Source: Octopus vulgaris
Taxonomy: Eukaryota
Direction: 5' to 3'
DNA length: 64,000 bases
NCBI GenBank assembly: GCA_951406725.2
Contig: OX597827.1
Location: 49,476,001 to 49,540,000, forward strand
Below are positions 16,589 to 28,960 of the stretch, one piece after another. The notes beneath the pieces are model-generated. The model made no database searches, was not told the origin of the DNA, and saw only the letters and a list, made by a program, of their open reading frames with translations. Each line of letters begins with the position of its first letter. Positions within the stretch are counted from its first letter, which is position 1. The position numbers were made by a program, and so were the translations under genes.

Positions 16589-17056
16589 GGTCCTCGAGAT
16601 GCAAACCGCAAGACTAACCCCAGCTCTCTGTGTCAAGACAGACACGTGCTTAGTCTTACTGATTACATCGGGAATAAAATTTCAAATGTCTTGGTTCCGG
16701 CGCGCTAAGAGACTCCTGAAGCGAAGGGCTGCAGTGAATAATTCACTGCGGGTAAAGCTTACTACTAGGGAACGTATTTATTTAAATATTTAAAAATTGA
16801 GGGAGATAAATTAATATTAATTTTAATATCAATTTAAAACCAGTAGTCCAGCATTCAAAAAATCTGAGGAGTCAGAGAAAATTCAAATATATGTGTATAT
16901 TGGCAGGGCTGGCCTGCTAGGTAGCCGGCCAGAATGCTAGAAATAGATCATCAACGATCAAACTACAAGGGAAATTCTCTAGAGGAAGAATTCAGCGAAC
17001 ACCAGAACCAAATTTGGCGGGCAGGACATATGAAAAATTAAATAAAAAACAGACTT

Positions 17057-17134
17057 AAATGCATACCTCGGTTTCGGTCTTAACAAAAGAATTACTTGCA
17101 TAATTCAAGTGTCCGTGACTTCTTCAGTACATTC
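17057..17134 (-). ncRNA. Type I hammerhead ribozyme motif, unit 4
   Basis: Same motif, 1638 bp further on. Confidence 0.8.
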
Positions 17135-17263
17135 GGTCCTCGAGATGCAAACCGCAAGACTAACCCCAGCTCTCTGTGTCAAGACAGACACGGGCTTAGT
17201 CTTACTGATTACATCGGGAATAAAATTTCAAATGTCTTGGTTCCGGCGCGCTAAGAGACTCCT

Positions 17264-17819
17264 TGGTGTTCGCTGAATTCTTCCTCTAGAGAATTTCCCT
17301 TGTAGTTTGATCGTTGATGATCTATTTCTAGCATTCTGGCCGGCTACCTAGCAGGCCAGCCCTGCCAATATACACATATATTTGAATTTTCTCTGACTCC
17401 TCAGATTTTTTGAATGCTGGACTACTGGTTTTAAATTGATATTAAAATTAATATTAATTTATCTCCTCAATTTTTAAATATTTAAATAAATACGTTCCCT
17501 AGTAGTAAGCTTTACCCGCAGTGAATTATTCACTGCAGCCCTTCACTTCAGGAGTCTCTTAGCGCGCCGGAACCAAGACATTTGAAATTTTATTCCCGAT
17601 GTAATCAGTAAGACTAAGCACGTGTCTGTCTTGACACAGAGAGCTGGGGTTAGTCTTGCGGTTTGCATCTCGAGGACCGAATGTACTGAAGAAGTCACGG
17701 ACACTTGAATTATGCAAGTAATTCTTTTGTTAAGACCGAAACCGAGGTATGCATTTAAGTCTGTTTTTTATTTAATTTTTCATATGTCCTGCCCGCCAAA
17801 TTCGGTTCTAGTGTTCGCT
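17264..17819 (+). repeat. Inverted, circularly permuted copy of the 546-bp unit
   Basis: Reverse complement of the unit, starting at tggtgttcgctgaattc, crossing the unit junction and ending at gtgttcgct. A few substitutions and a 1-bp deletion. Confidence 0.93.
17679..17756 (+). ncRNA. Type I hammerhead ribozyme motif (inverted unit)
   Basis: Stem I AAUGUA/UGCAUU; core CUGAAGA (17686-17692); stem II GUC...GAC with inner hairpin ACUUG/CAAGU; GAAA (17738-17741); stem III CC-GA-GG; cleavage triplet GUA (cut after 17749). Confidence 0.8.
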
Positions 17820-18084
17820 CTGCCCTTCTCTAGACATCGGGTAAACGAGATGCTACTTGGCTGATTGGTTCATGGAACACCACCGAGACATCTGTCTCGG
17901 CAATGACACCCCAGTCTCACACCATTTCCGCTCTACCGGTCACTCTCTGCAACACCTATCTGTGCCCGGAGTGTCCTTGCACAGGGGCCATCTGGACTCC
18001 CATTTTTGCCGTGAACAGGGATTAATCTTCTCTCTTCACTCCTTTGTGCCACATGGGCTCAACTCTCATCCCCTCTTCATCTAA
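17812..18084 (+). mobile_element. Decayed Penelope-like element remnant, GIY-YIG endonuclease C-terminal half
   Basis: In-frame CSLCPSLDIG*TRCYLADWFMEH...PVSHHF...HS...EQGLIFSLHSFVPHGLN matches the Penelope endonuclease pattern CxxC..YIGxT..L..RF.EH..PV..HF..E..IF.L....P.GLN. YIG has become DIG and there is a stop codon. Confidence 0.8.
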
Positions 18085-18799
18085 CCTTCCTCCCCTCTCC
18101 TTTCTCCCTCTCACACCTACTTCCTCCCACCCACCTCTCCTCTCTTGCTCCAATTTCTACTTCCTTTTCTCTTCTCTTCACTCCTACCCACCTTCTCCCT
18201 TCATCGTCATCCCTCCCTCGTAACCCCACTCCTACACAATCCAACCCCACCTTCCCTATCCATCCCATCCCACCACCACGCACACACTAGCACTGACCAC
18301 TTCCCAGCCCCACACCAACATCCACACACCTACACATACACATACACACATGCACACATCAAGGTCACCAGCCATCTTCCACACACACATACATGCTCTC
18401 TTATACACATGCACATACATCTTCGTTTTGGGATCACCACAACTTTATTATATCCCCTTCTTCCTAGCTCTCTCGTGTGATCCCTCTGTCCAGCATTCGC
18501 CATGATAGTGGTTAAATGTGCTACAGAATTAGAACAGTGGAAATGTCTCTGACAAAATTTATAACAACCAAAATGAGTCTCTCCTAATAATTATTGCAAA
18601 ATTGCCAAATGGAAAAAGTCACCTAAGCAAGACCTGATAGTTGGTCATTTATTTGGAAAACTCAAATTCTGCAGGTCAACCCTCTTTAACTTCTTCAAAA
18701 GAGCAATGTAATATAAAGCTTATAATAAATTCCAAAGAAACACACACATCCACACATGTACACACCATCATCATCATTATCATCATCTAATAGCTTTTG

Positions 18800-19320
18800 T
18801 TACCAAGGAGAAGTAATTAGCAAAGGGAGATGGTTGTTCTCAAAGTATAGTAGCTGGAGCAAGAACTAACTGGGGAAAGTTCAGGGAGCTCCTACCATTG
18901 TTGACAGCAAAGATGTTTGTCTCTAAGAGTGAAGGGTAGCTTGTACAATGTTTGTGTTAGAACTGCATGGCAGTGAGACATAGGCTTTGAATGCAGAAGT
19001 CTTGAGAAGACTGGAAAGAAATGAAGTGGGCATGCTCCATTGGATATGCAGTGTGAGTGTGCATAAAATACATAGTACAAGGGTGCTGAGTGGAAAACTG
19101 GGCAGAAGAAGTATCAGATGTATGCAAAAAAGAACATTGCACTGGTATGGATATATGTGTGGGTGATGATGGCTGTATAAGGAAGTACTGATTGCTGGAT
19201 GTGAATGGAACTTGTTGAAGAGAGCCAGGAAGACATGGAATGGAGTGGTAAAGGCTGATCTCAGGACCCTGAGCCTTATGGAGAAGATGATAAAGGACCA
19301 AAATCCTTGAAGTTATGAAG
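18800..19320 (+). mobile_element. Decayed RTE-type LINE 3' fragment
   Basis: Degenerate WGKFRELLPLLT...SLRVKG.LY..CVRTA..SETW pattern typical of the RTE ORF C-terminus. Confidence 0.65.
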
Positions 19321-19480
19321 TTCTTGAACAAAAACCTGCCCTCCTCAGCTAAACTGAATTCTGGAAGTGCTCTGTATATTGTGCTCTCCGTCCACATTAC
19401 AGTGACTAACCCTCAACTCCTGAACCAAATTTCCTTTCATCATGCACTATACCAGCTCTTGCAGACTACCCAACCATGCC

Positions 19481-19530
<50 letters not shown>

Positions 19531-19689
19531 AGTATCATCATTACTATCCTGTCACTCACCCCACCAGCCCTGCTCTCTTCTGCATCCATCTAGCTTCCTT
19601 AACTCATGGCTCTTTGTCCATCTTCCCTTCAGCCTTATCCAGATTTTACAGTCTGTCTCTCAATTCCCTCATCTCCTGCTCCCCATAAA

Positions 19690-20790
19690 TCTTGCAAGCC
19701 ATCCATCTACACCTTATGCCTTGTGGGGCCATTTAGACACCTCATCACCAAGCCTCTTTCTTTTCAGAATCATTAAAAGTAAGTGCACCATCATCCATGC
19801 GGACACATTTCTCTCTTGTGACATCACAATTTTCTCTCACACACTGTTTTGCAATCTGAAATACTTCAGTTCTTTGGTCCTCACATTGCTGAACATTGGC
19901 AAACTTCTTTTCTGTTTCTCCCTTGGCTATATATACCTGTCTCGTAGCCTCTCTTCTGGCTATCTGATACAGTTCCCTGCTACCCCAACTCTTCCAGGTT
20001 TTCCAGGCCTGTTTCTTTGCTCTAATGGCCCTATCCACAGTATTATTCTACCACCACCTTACCCTAGGTCCGGAAGGGACTTTGCACCAGCCACAGATTT
20101 GGTCTGTGGTTCTCAGTAAACTGTCACATGTGAATTTCCAGTTGCCCTCTGTGTCACAAGTTTGTAGCTCCTCCTCCCTCTCATCAAATTTCTAAATGAG
20201 GATGTCCCTAAATCTCTTACCATGTGAAGGGAAGCTTCCAAATCCTTCTTTTCTGGATTTGTCTGCTTCTTGGCATCCTTCTGTCTAAAGTCATTAATAT
20301 CCTTGGCATCCTCAAGTCTAAAGTCACTAGCAGAGTCACCTGAGTGATAGGTTATCAGGTGGCTTGCTAGCTTCCTGAAGTTGATGCTGCAGATTAATGA
20401 GTTGCTTACATCACAGAACTCCAGTAGCCTAGTTCTTTCTTTGTTTCAGGAACCACTTCCATGGTCTCCATGAACACCATGGAAGATACCAGATTGCCGT
20501 TCGACATGCCCATTAAAATCTTCAGCCAAAAAGACGAGGTCATTGTCATTTGTCTTTGAGGTAGCTTGTAGAAGGATATCATAAAAATGGTCCTTCTGTT
20601 CATTTGGCAGGCCTGCTTGTGGGGCGTAGGCAGAGATAATTGTAGCTATACTATTCTGCAAGACTAGCCTGAGCTTAAGCACTCTATCACACACCCTGAC
20701 CACTTCTATGACCTTGTTCACCCATTTGTCTGCAAGGAGTATGCCTACACCACCTAGTTTGTCACTGTTACCTTCCCAGAAGAAGGGATG
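19690..20790 (-). mobile_element. Decayed RTE-type LINE endonuclease-region fragment
   Basis: VIEVVRVCDRVLKLRLV...IISAYAPQAG...EDFNGHV and DRAIRAKKQAWKTWK, with frameshifts. Confidence 0.8.
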
Positions 20791-22426
20791 TGGGAGGAAA
20801 CAAGGGAAGGAGAGATGTTATTCAGTGTCTGAAAAGAAAGTTTCCATGTTCATTTGACACACCTGCTGCACCGGTTGTTCTTGCTTTTAATCTATTGTCA
20901 TTCAAACATTCAAGCATGGTAAAATTGTTGCCCCTACTGGAGGTAAGAGTAAGTATTCACGGCATTGTAAGTATAAGTGTTATGAGCATTGTAAATATAA
21001 GCATTACTGGTGCTGCAGATACGAATATCAATATACCTATGTTAGATTAAGTAAGTGGACTGCTATCTGATTGGGTTAGCCCCAGGAGAGAGAGAGAGAA
21101 AGATGGGGAGGGGGAGATTGCAGGTATGATAGAGGAGACCACCAGTATCAGAGGGGATTTCTGGTGAGAGAAGCAAGATTTCCAGTATTGGTGGGAATGG
21201 GCAGGAACATCACAAACAAGGAAGGATTATTTTAGAGATAGTACAAAAATATTTAGCCAACATGAAAATCACAGGGAGAAAAAAAAAAGCTAAGGCTTTA
21301 GGGAGATTTCAATTTAGGAAGTTATATGAAGAATTAAGGAGTAAAACTAAAGCTGAGAGTGATTACGATTTGGAAGTTATATTGATGAGTCAATTTAAAT
21401 AATTAGTTTATTAAAGTACATATTAGCATATTGTGGGTGCCAATAATAACCAAACACTTGAATAAACTGCATGAAAGTCTGAGAGGAAAACATGTGTTAA
21501 AGGTCCCTTAAATATATACTATGGCCAGAAGTGAACATATGAATGTGCATTTTCGTCTTAGGGAGTAGAGATAGTAAGAAGCCATAGTGAAGAGGAAAGA
21601 TTATTTTAGAGACAGTTTGAAAATATTTAGCCAACATGAAAGGGCAGGGAGAAAAAGAAAGCTAAGGCTTGAGAGAGATTTCAATTTGGAAATTATATGA
21701 AGAATTAAAGAGAAAAACTAAAACTGACAGAGATTACGATTTGGAAGTTATTTTGAAGAGTAAATTTAAATAATCAATTTACGAAAATACTTATTAGCAA
21801 TAACGCAGGTTAGATGAATGAAAGAATGAAGCAATCAAAAAAATAAGGGAATATCTTGGCTTAGAGAATATTTTAGCTTACACTGAATAAAAAAAAAAGA
21901 GAAGATGGTCATGGCTGGAATGCCTTTCTGACATAGACCTGCTGCATCAGAGCTGACGTGAGTGTTCAGAGACAGTTACAGAATTTCCACAAATACGTAA
22001 AAAAACCCATTTAGTCAAAATATCAATGACACTTACCCCCACCACCACCACCACTACAAGTAGGTATTTCGTTCCTACTTCCTGCTGTTCATCCATTATT
22101 GAGTCCCCATTTCAGAAATGCAATGACGACATTAACAATAATACTGTTCTGTGTGTATTTGTTTACATTTATGCTTTTTCACAACTTCTTTCTTCTTGCT
22201 GACTAACTCGTTATTCAGTGTCTTTTAATTACTTACTTTTTTCTTTAAAAGGATCTCACCTAATATATGTACATTTAAGCATACACATACAAACATGAAT
22301 GTGCATGTATAAATTCTTGAACACACACACACACACACATACATACACACATATATATATATATATTGATGTGTGTGTGTCTTTGAGTCTGTGTTTGTCA
22401 CACCTCCCACCACTTGACAACTGGTA

Positions 22427-22833
22427 CTCTTTACTCTCTTTTACTCTTTTACTTGTTTCAGTCATTTGACTGCGGCCATGCTGGAGCACCGCCCTTAGTC
22501 GAGCAAATCGACCCCGGGAATTAGTCTTTGTAAGCCCAGTACTTATTCTGTCGGTCTCTTTTGCCAAACCGCTAAGTAACGGGGACATAAACACACCAGC
22601 ATCGGTTGTCAAGCAATGCTAGGGGGACAAACACAGACACACAAACACACACACACATACATATATATATATACATATATACGACAGGCTTCTTTCAGTT
22701 TCCGTCTACCAAATCCACTCACAAGGCATTGGTCGGCCCGGGGCTATAGCAGAAGACACTTGCCCATGATGCCACGCAGTGCGACTGAACCCGGAACCAT
22801 GTGGTTGGTTAGCAAGCTACTTACCACACAGCC
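22427..22833 (-). mobile_element. SINE of the dominant family (internal microsatellite; tail ggcggtgctccagcatggccgcagtcaaatgactgaaac)
   Basis: Matches other copies in the window; inserted into an older plus-strand copy of the same family. Confidence 0.8.
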
Positions 22834-23332
22834 AGTGTTTACTTAGCAGTTCAGCAAAAGCAGGCCAATAGAATAAGCACCAGTACTTCAACAAAATTAA
22901 GTAATGGTGTTGATTCATTTCTCTAAAATTCTTCAAGGTGCTGCCCCAGCATGGCCGCAGTCTAATGACTAAAACAATCAACGACTAAAAGATTAAATAA
23001 TTAAACAATTAAATGTAGCATGAGTACATAAACACTGCAACACTTGTACCATCCTTAACAGCCACTTCAAATCATTGACCTTATCAAATTGCTGATAACC
23101 TGTGTTTGGATGACAAGCAACAAGAATTATGATACAGTAAACAGGAATTTTCTAAGTTCGTGACTCCTATTTCAGAGGAAGCAACCACACTCTTTAAAAT
23201 AATAGGAAGGGTAAGTGGGAAAGTACAGTCATTGAAAAATCGTGTCAACTTCTTGATTCTTATCAGGCATTCCTAACAATGCCACTCAATCTACTCAAGA
23301 TTATGCATACTGTATTAATACAGGATATATAT

Positions 23333-23568
23333 AAGGCGGTGTGCTGGCAGAAACGTTAGCACACCAGGTGAAATACTTAGTGGTATTTCGTCTGCCACTA
23401 CGTTCTGAGTTCAAATTCCACCAAGGTCCACTTTGCCTTTCATCCTTTCGGGGTCGATTAATTAAGTACCTGTTATGCACTGGGGTCGATGTAATCAACT
23501 TAATCCCTTCCTCTGTCCTTGTTCGTCCCCTCTATGTTTAGCCCCTTGTGGGAAATAAAGAAATAAGA
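23333..23568 (+). mobile_element. SINE (family starting aaggcggcgagctggcagaa...)
   Basis: B-box-like gagttcaaattcc and body gcctttcatcctttcggggtcg; homologous to 30184-30416, 30930-31115 and 47770-48215. Confidence 0.75.
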
Positions 23569-23661
23569 AGTATATACACTGACAAACATAAATAAAAAAA
23601 AAAAACAGGCTATAAAATATGCAGGTGCACACACTGATACATACATACATAAACATATATA

Positions 23662-24951
23662 TTGGGTCATCCGATAAATAATGCGTTTTTTTTTTTATAG
23701 TTCTTTTATTTTCCAAAATAAAGACAAACAAAGTTCTTTTTCAATCTAAAATATACTCTCCTTCATTTTCTACAATGCTCTTCTATCTATCTGGTAGACT
23801 TACAAGCCCTTCTTCCAAAATTCACCTGTCTGTGATGAAAAATACTCTTCCAGTACTGTTCTGATCTCATCTACAGAATTCATATTTTTTCTGTCCACAT
23901 AATTTTGAAGACCGCGGAATAAATGATAATCAGATGGGGCAATATCTGGCAAATATGGAGGGTGGGACATTGTTTCCCATTCAAACTGCTCCAGCCTTTG
24001 GAATGTTATCCTCACTGTATGTGGCTGAGCAATATCCTGATTGAAGAACACCTTTCATCTTGAAACCAAAGATGGTCGTTTTTCTTCAAGCGCTGACTTA
24101 AGACACTCAAGCTGTTCACAGTAGATCTCTTTTGTTAGCATTTGGTTTGGGTTTAAAACTTCAGAGTGGACTAAACCTTTCATGTCTCACCAAACAAATA
24201 ACAACACCTTACGTGGGTGAAGACCTTCTTTAGCCTGGGATGCTGATGTTTCTCCTTTCCCTACCCACTGTCTTTGGCACTTGACATTTTTATAGAGAAC
24301 CCATTTCTCATCACCAGTCAGTATTCGCTCCAAAAAAGGTTCATTCATGAGACGTGACAGCAAAGAAGAGCACACATTCACTCTCTGCACACGATTAGAC
24401 TCGGAAAGTTTGTGAGGAACCCAATGAACCAATTTGCTCACTTTCCCAATGGCACAGAGGTACAGATAAATGGTTTAATGGCCAAACGAAAGCTTCTCTG
24501 CTAGTTCCTCAACAGTTATGATGGGATTTTGTTCCATTAAGGTCTTCAGGATGTCCTCATCAAGCTCTACGGATCTTCCAGAATGAGACTCATCTTCTAG
24601 GCAGTAATTTCTGGCTCGGAATTTCTGAAACCACCATTGATACTAGTGTATGCTTATTGTCCAATCCCCATATACTGCATTAATATTCCTTGCACTTTCT
24701 GTTTTGTTGTTGCCTTTATTGAACTCATAAAGCAAAATATGCCGAATATACTTCCTTGTCACTTCTATTATAGCTTTGAAAAACTAACTGTTAAAACTGA
24801 ACTGCACTCTTCAAAACTTGAGCTAAGATTAAGCAGAAAGTAAAATTACTGCCTACTTTTATAGCAAGTTGACACAGGTAGTTTATCCCATCCCCATCCG
24901 ACTTTTAGGTCATACAATTGAAAAAACCTCATTATTTATGGGATGATCCAA
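23662..24951 (-). mobile_element. Decayed full-length mariner (~1.29 kb)
   Basis: TIRs ttgggtcatccgataaataatgcgtttttt and aaaaaacctcattatttatgggatgatccaa; TA on the left flank. Transposase pieces WVPHKL, ILTGDEKWVLY, HPPYLPDIAPSDYHLF. Confidence 0.9.
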
Positions 24952-25660
24952 TTGTATTATTATATATGTACACATATGTATTTGCATTATCTCGTCGGAT
25001 AATTTGGCAGACTTTCAGAACAGCACATGCTCATAAATCGGATTTTCTTCATTTTTTATGGAAATTTTTCCAATTTTTTTCCACCACACCCCCATAAATG
25101 ATTGAGGGAAGCTTTTTCTGAATACATTTTTCTCAAATTTATGAATTCCCTGGTCACCACTTTCTAGAGCAATTTCGTTTGGATATTTTTCTTTTTTCTT
25201 ATATGATTCACTCAAAAACAATAGGAGAGGTCTATTGGGGGAAATTTATGAATTTTCTTCAAACACTCCTCCCCGACTCAGTACCGAATTTTGGCCAGTT
25301 CCTTTTGCACTATGCACTTCAAAATTATTGGAGAAGCCTTGGAGACTGAAAAAAAATTGGGGGGTAATTAGCATTACAATCCCCACTTCCTTTATTTCCA
25401 TACGAAAAATGAAACGTAATCTAAAAACAATAGTGAAATTTGTTTTAATTCTTTTCATTAACTCTTCCCCTCCATAATTCCTAAAATCTTTTTTTTTAAT
25501 TCTTTTTAATCATATTTTTAAAATATGGACAGTCTGGAAGGTGTGTGATTTAAGGGAGACTAAACAGTTATTTCTGGCACATCACACATCCAGCTGGTAC
25601 CTCCCTCATTCTTTTGTCGCTCTGACATGTATTGATGTTTTTCTCCCCATAAACTCATTT

Positions 25661-26097
25661 GGATCTTTTCAGTTTGACTGGCAGTTTTTTAAAATAATTT
25701 CCACGTAATTAAACACTTTTAAACTTCATATACTGGTAGAATGTGTTTATAAAACATCTTTTTCTCTAGGCTTTATTGAGAAAATTCCATAGTTTGTAAG
25801 ATACATTTTTTTTTTTCTTCAATTTCTGCAATTTCAACCAATCAATGACGTCTATTGAGGTGAAAGCATTCTGTGCCGTATGAATATGTCCCTCGTTTAA
25901 GAAACAGATTAGGTTCAATTACATTTCTGAAGAAAAAATGATACCCTTCCCCCCACCCCTAACCCTAACCCTAACTAACCCTAACTCTAACCCTAAAACA
26001 GATTGAAATGCAATAGATCGATACTAGGGTCATAATTATGGGTGACAATTTCATATGACACCGCTAGAAAAAACTGCCGTTCAAACCGAAAAGATCC
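25661..26097. mobile_element. Non-autonomous TIR element (MITE) with 8-bp TSD and internal (CCCTAA)n
   Basis: TIRs ggatcttttcagtttgactggcagtttttt and aaaaaactgccgttcaaaccgaaaagatcc; TSD actcattt at 25653-25660 and 26098-26105. Confidence 0.85.
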
Positions 26098-26494
26098 ACT
26101 CATTTTATGGAATGATGATATAGTGGTCCATTTCTGGAATTTAAGCAACAAAAAATAAGTTGATTTAAATCTTTAACCCAGTCCTCAGCAATTTTCAACT
26201 ACTCTGATAATTTCTTTGGTCTATGAAGCAATCAACAGTCCAAACACGTTTTCTCACAGAACTGCTCACAAATGACAGCAATGATAGGAGGGGTGATGCT
26301 TTGTTTACAGTGTGTGCACATCTGTTAAGACGAGAGAAATACACACTCAGTCATGCATGCATGTACACACACACACACAAACACACACATACAAATACTT
26401 ATGCATATATGTGTATGTATATATTTATATATATATATATGCACACACGCACATATATATACATGCACAAAGACACACGCACACATATAATATT

Positions 26495-26673
26495 CTTTTG
26501 TCATTTGATTGTGACCATGCTGGAGCACCGCCTTTAGTTGAAGAAATCAACCCCAGAACTTATTCTTTGGAAGCTTACTACTTATTCTATCTGTCTCTTT
26601 TGCCGACCGCTAAGTTACAGCAATGTAAACACACCAACATCAGTTGTCAAGCAATGGTGGGGGACAGACACAG

Positions 26674-26731
<58 letters not shown>

Positions 26732-26736
26732 ATATG

Positions 26737-26782
<46 letters not shown>

Positions 26783-26985
26783 TATATATGTATATATGTA
26801 TATATATATGTATATGTATATATATATACATGACAGGCTTCTTTCAGTTTCCATCTACCAAATCCACTTGTAAGGCTTTAGTCAGCCCGAGGTTATAGTA
26901 GAAGTCACTTGCCCAAGGTGCCATGCAGTGGGACTGAACCCAGAGCCATGTGGTTGGTAAGCAAGCTACTTACCACATAGCCACT
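26495..26985 (-). mobile_element. SINE of the dominant family
   Basis: Homologous to 22427-22833 and 39267-39650. Confidence 0.78.
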
Positions 26986-28960
26986 CATGATATAAATATT
27001 GTCATCATCATTATTTAACATCCATTGTACATGCTGGCATGGGTTGATCAACTTGGACAGCTTGATTAAGCTGGATGGCTGCACCAGACTCCAGTCTGAT
27101 TTGGGTTGATTTTCTGCAGTTGTATGCTCTTCCTAATGCTAATCACTCCGACAGTGTAATGGGTGCTTTTACATGCCACTGGCATGGGTGCCATTTGTGT
27201 GACACCAGTATCTGCAATGACTGTGATTTTTCTTGGCTCGATGGGTCTTCTTCTCAAGCATGACATAAAACCAAAGGTCTTAGTCATTGCATCCATGAGG
27301 CCCAATGCTCAAAAGGAATATATATATATCATCATCATCATCATCATTTAGCGTCCGCTTTCCATGCTAGCATGGGTAGGACGGTTCAACTAGGGACTGG
27401 GAATATATATATATATATAGATATACTTTATTTAAAAGCAGCAGAAATTCAACAAAGCATATTACTCTACCCCTGGCATTTGAGTACTCTTTTTTCCACC
27501 TTGTTTCACATTTATGTGTTTACTCTGGTATTCCCTGATTTATTGTGCTAGGTCGCTTGGTGTTAAAATAAGGGTATTATTAAATTAATATCTAATTTTT
27601 CACCCTCATTTTTGAATATATATATATATATATACATATACATACATATGTGTGTACATGTATGTGTATGTGTGTGTGTGTGTAGTGATTATAGTGATGT
27701 AAACAGGAAACATAGAACTCAAAACATGAGTACATTTATATTTTTATTAATTTATCAAACTAGTTTGATAAGTGCCAATGCATGAAACTCTTGGCTCTTG
27801 TGTCACACTGTAGCTTCTACCAAATATTAATATACATATACAAGGGGAAGTCAAGAATTATCCGCACTTTCACCATGACATATCTCTATTATTGTCACAC
27901 TGCCTTCTGCACATGTGTGCTTATAGTTGGTACTATTGTGGTCATGTGATCGAAGTTTGAGCATGATCGTACCATTTTTCTTTTTGGCCTTACAGTATAA
28001 GAATGGCTGCCCTTCTAATAATGTGCAACAAAGAAGAACAAAGAGCAGCGATCCAAGAGATGGTAATGCAGAACTGGTTTGCTATTACCATCTCTTGAGC
28101 TTGCTGAATCTTCTTGTCAGTCATGGCTGCAAATAATTTCTGTGACCACATCACCCCTAACATCTGGCCACCTAACTCTTCAGACTGCAACTCACTTGAT
28201 TATTATGCATGAGGTGCAGTTGAGCAAGGGACCAACAAATCTCCTTGTAACCCCAAAGATGAACTGAAGGCAAGGATTATGGGGTGCATTCACCAACTTA
28301 AACAAGGAGACCATCCAGAAGAGTTGCAGGAGATTCTGAAGTCGTCTGGAGGCTGTGGTTGAAGCCAATGGTAATTCTATTGAATAAATTTATTCTTTAG
28401 TATTTCAAGATATTTCTATGTAAGTTTGTTAAATATATATGTTAAAATGAGATGTCAGAGCTATTTTCATTTTTGTATAATTTAGATGACAATTTATTCA
28501 CCACACTATATATATATATATATATATCTTACACCAAATTTCACTCACAAAGTACTGCTCAACCCACAGCTAAAGTATTGGACACCAGCCAACAGCCATC
28601 CATTCAGTGATTGTGAATCTGAAAATACATGGTTTCAAGCCAACAAGAAATTGTAACTAAATCTCTCTCAAATGACACCTTAACATCTTAAAAAGTCAAG
28701 GATACAATTGACAATGTATCCTTAGTGGATTTGACAATGTATTCCTAGTGGATAAAATGATGGGATAGTGAAACTTGAGCAAAAACCTTCTCAATCAGGT
28801 TAGATTTGACAGGGGGGGGGGGGTAATTAACAACTAGTTTCCTTTTTTCTTTTTTCTGAGTTCAAAAATATATAAAGAATTTTGATGCTCTTTTTGTGAT
28901 TCCATCCAAATGACAAATTTCTTGATTTTAAAATGGCTTTAATTCAATAAATAAACTTAC

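Larger units (their letters stand above)
15150..17263 (-). repeat. 546-bp head-to-tail tandem array (about 3.9 near-identical units), hammerhead-containing, retrozyme/pLTR-like
   Basis: Unit starts at 15150, 15696, 16242 and 16788; the last unit is truncated at 17263. Only isolated substitutions seen between units. Left end abuts (TA)n. Confidence 0.95.

Noticed and set aside
15150-17263. Possible CRISPR array, 5S rDNA or snRNA repeat
   Set aside because: No repeat-spacer alternation and no recognisable 5S, U-snRNA or tRNA sequence in the unit.
25957-25996. Telomere or chromosome-fusion site
   Set aside because: Only about 6 imperfect repeats, and they lie inside a TIR element with a TSD.
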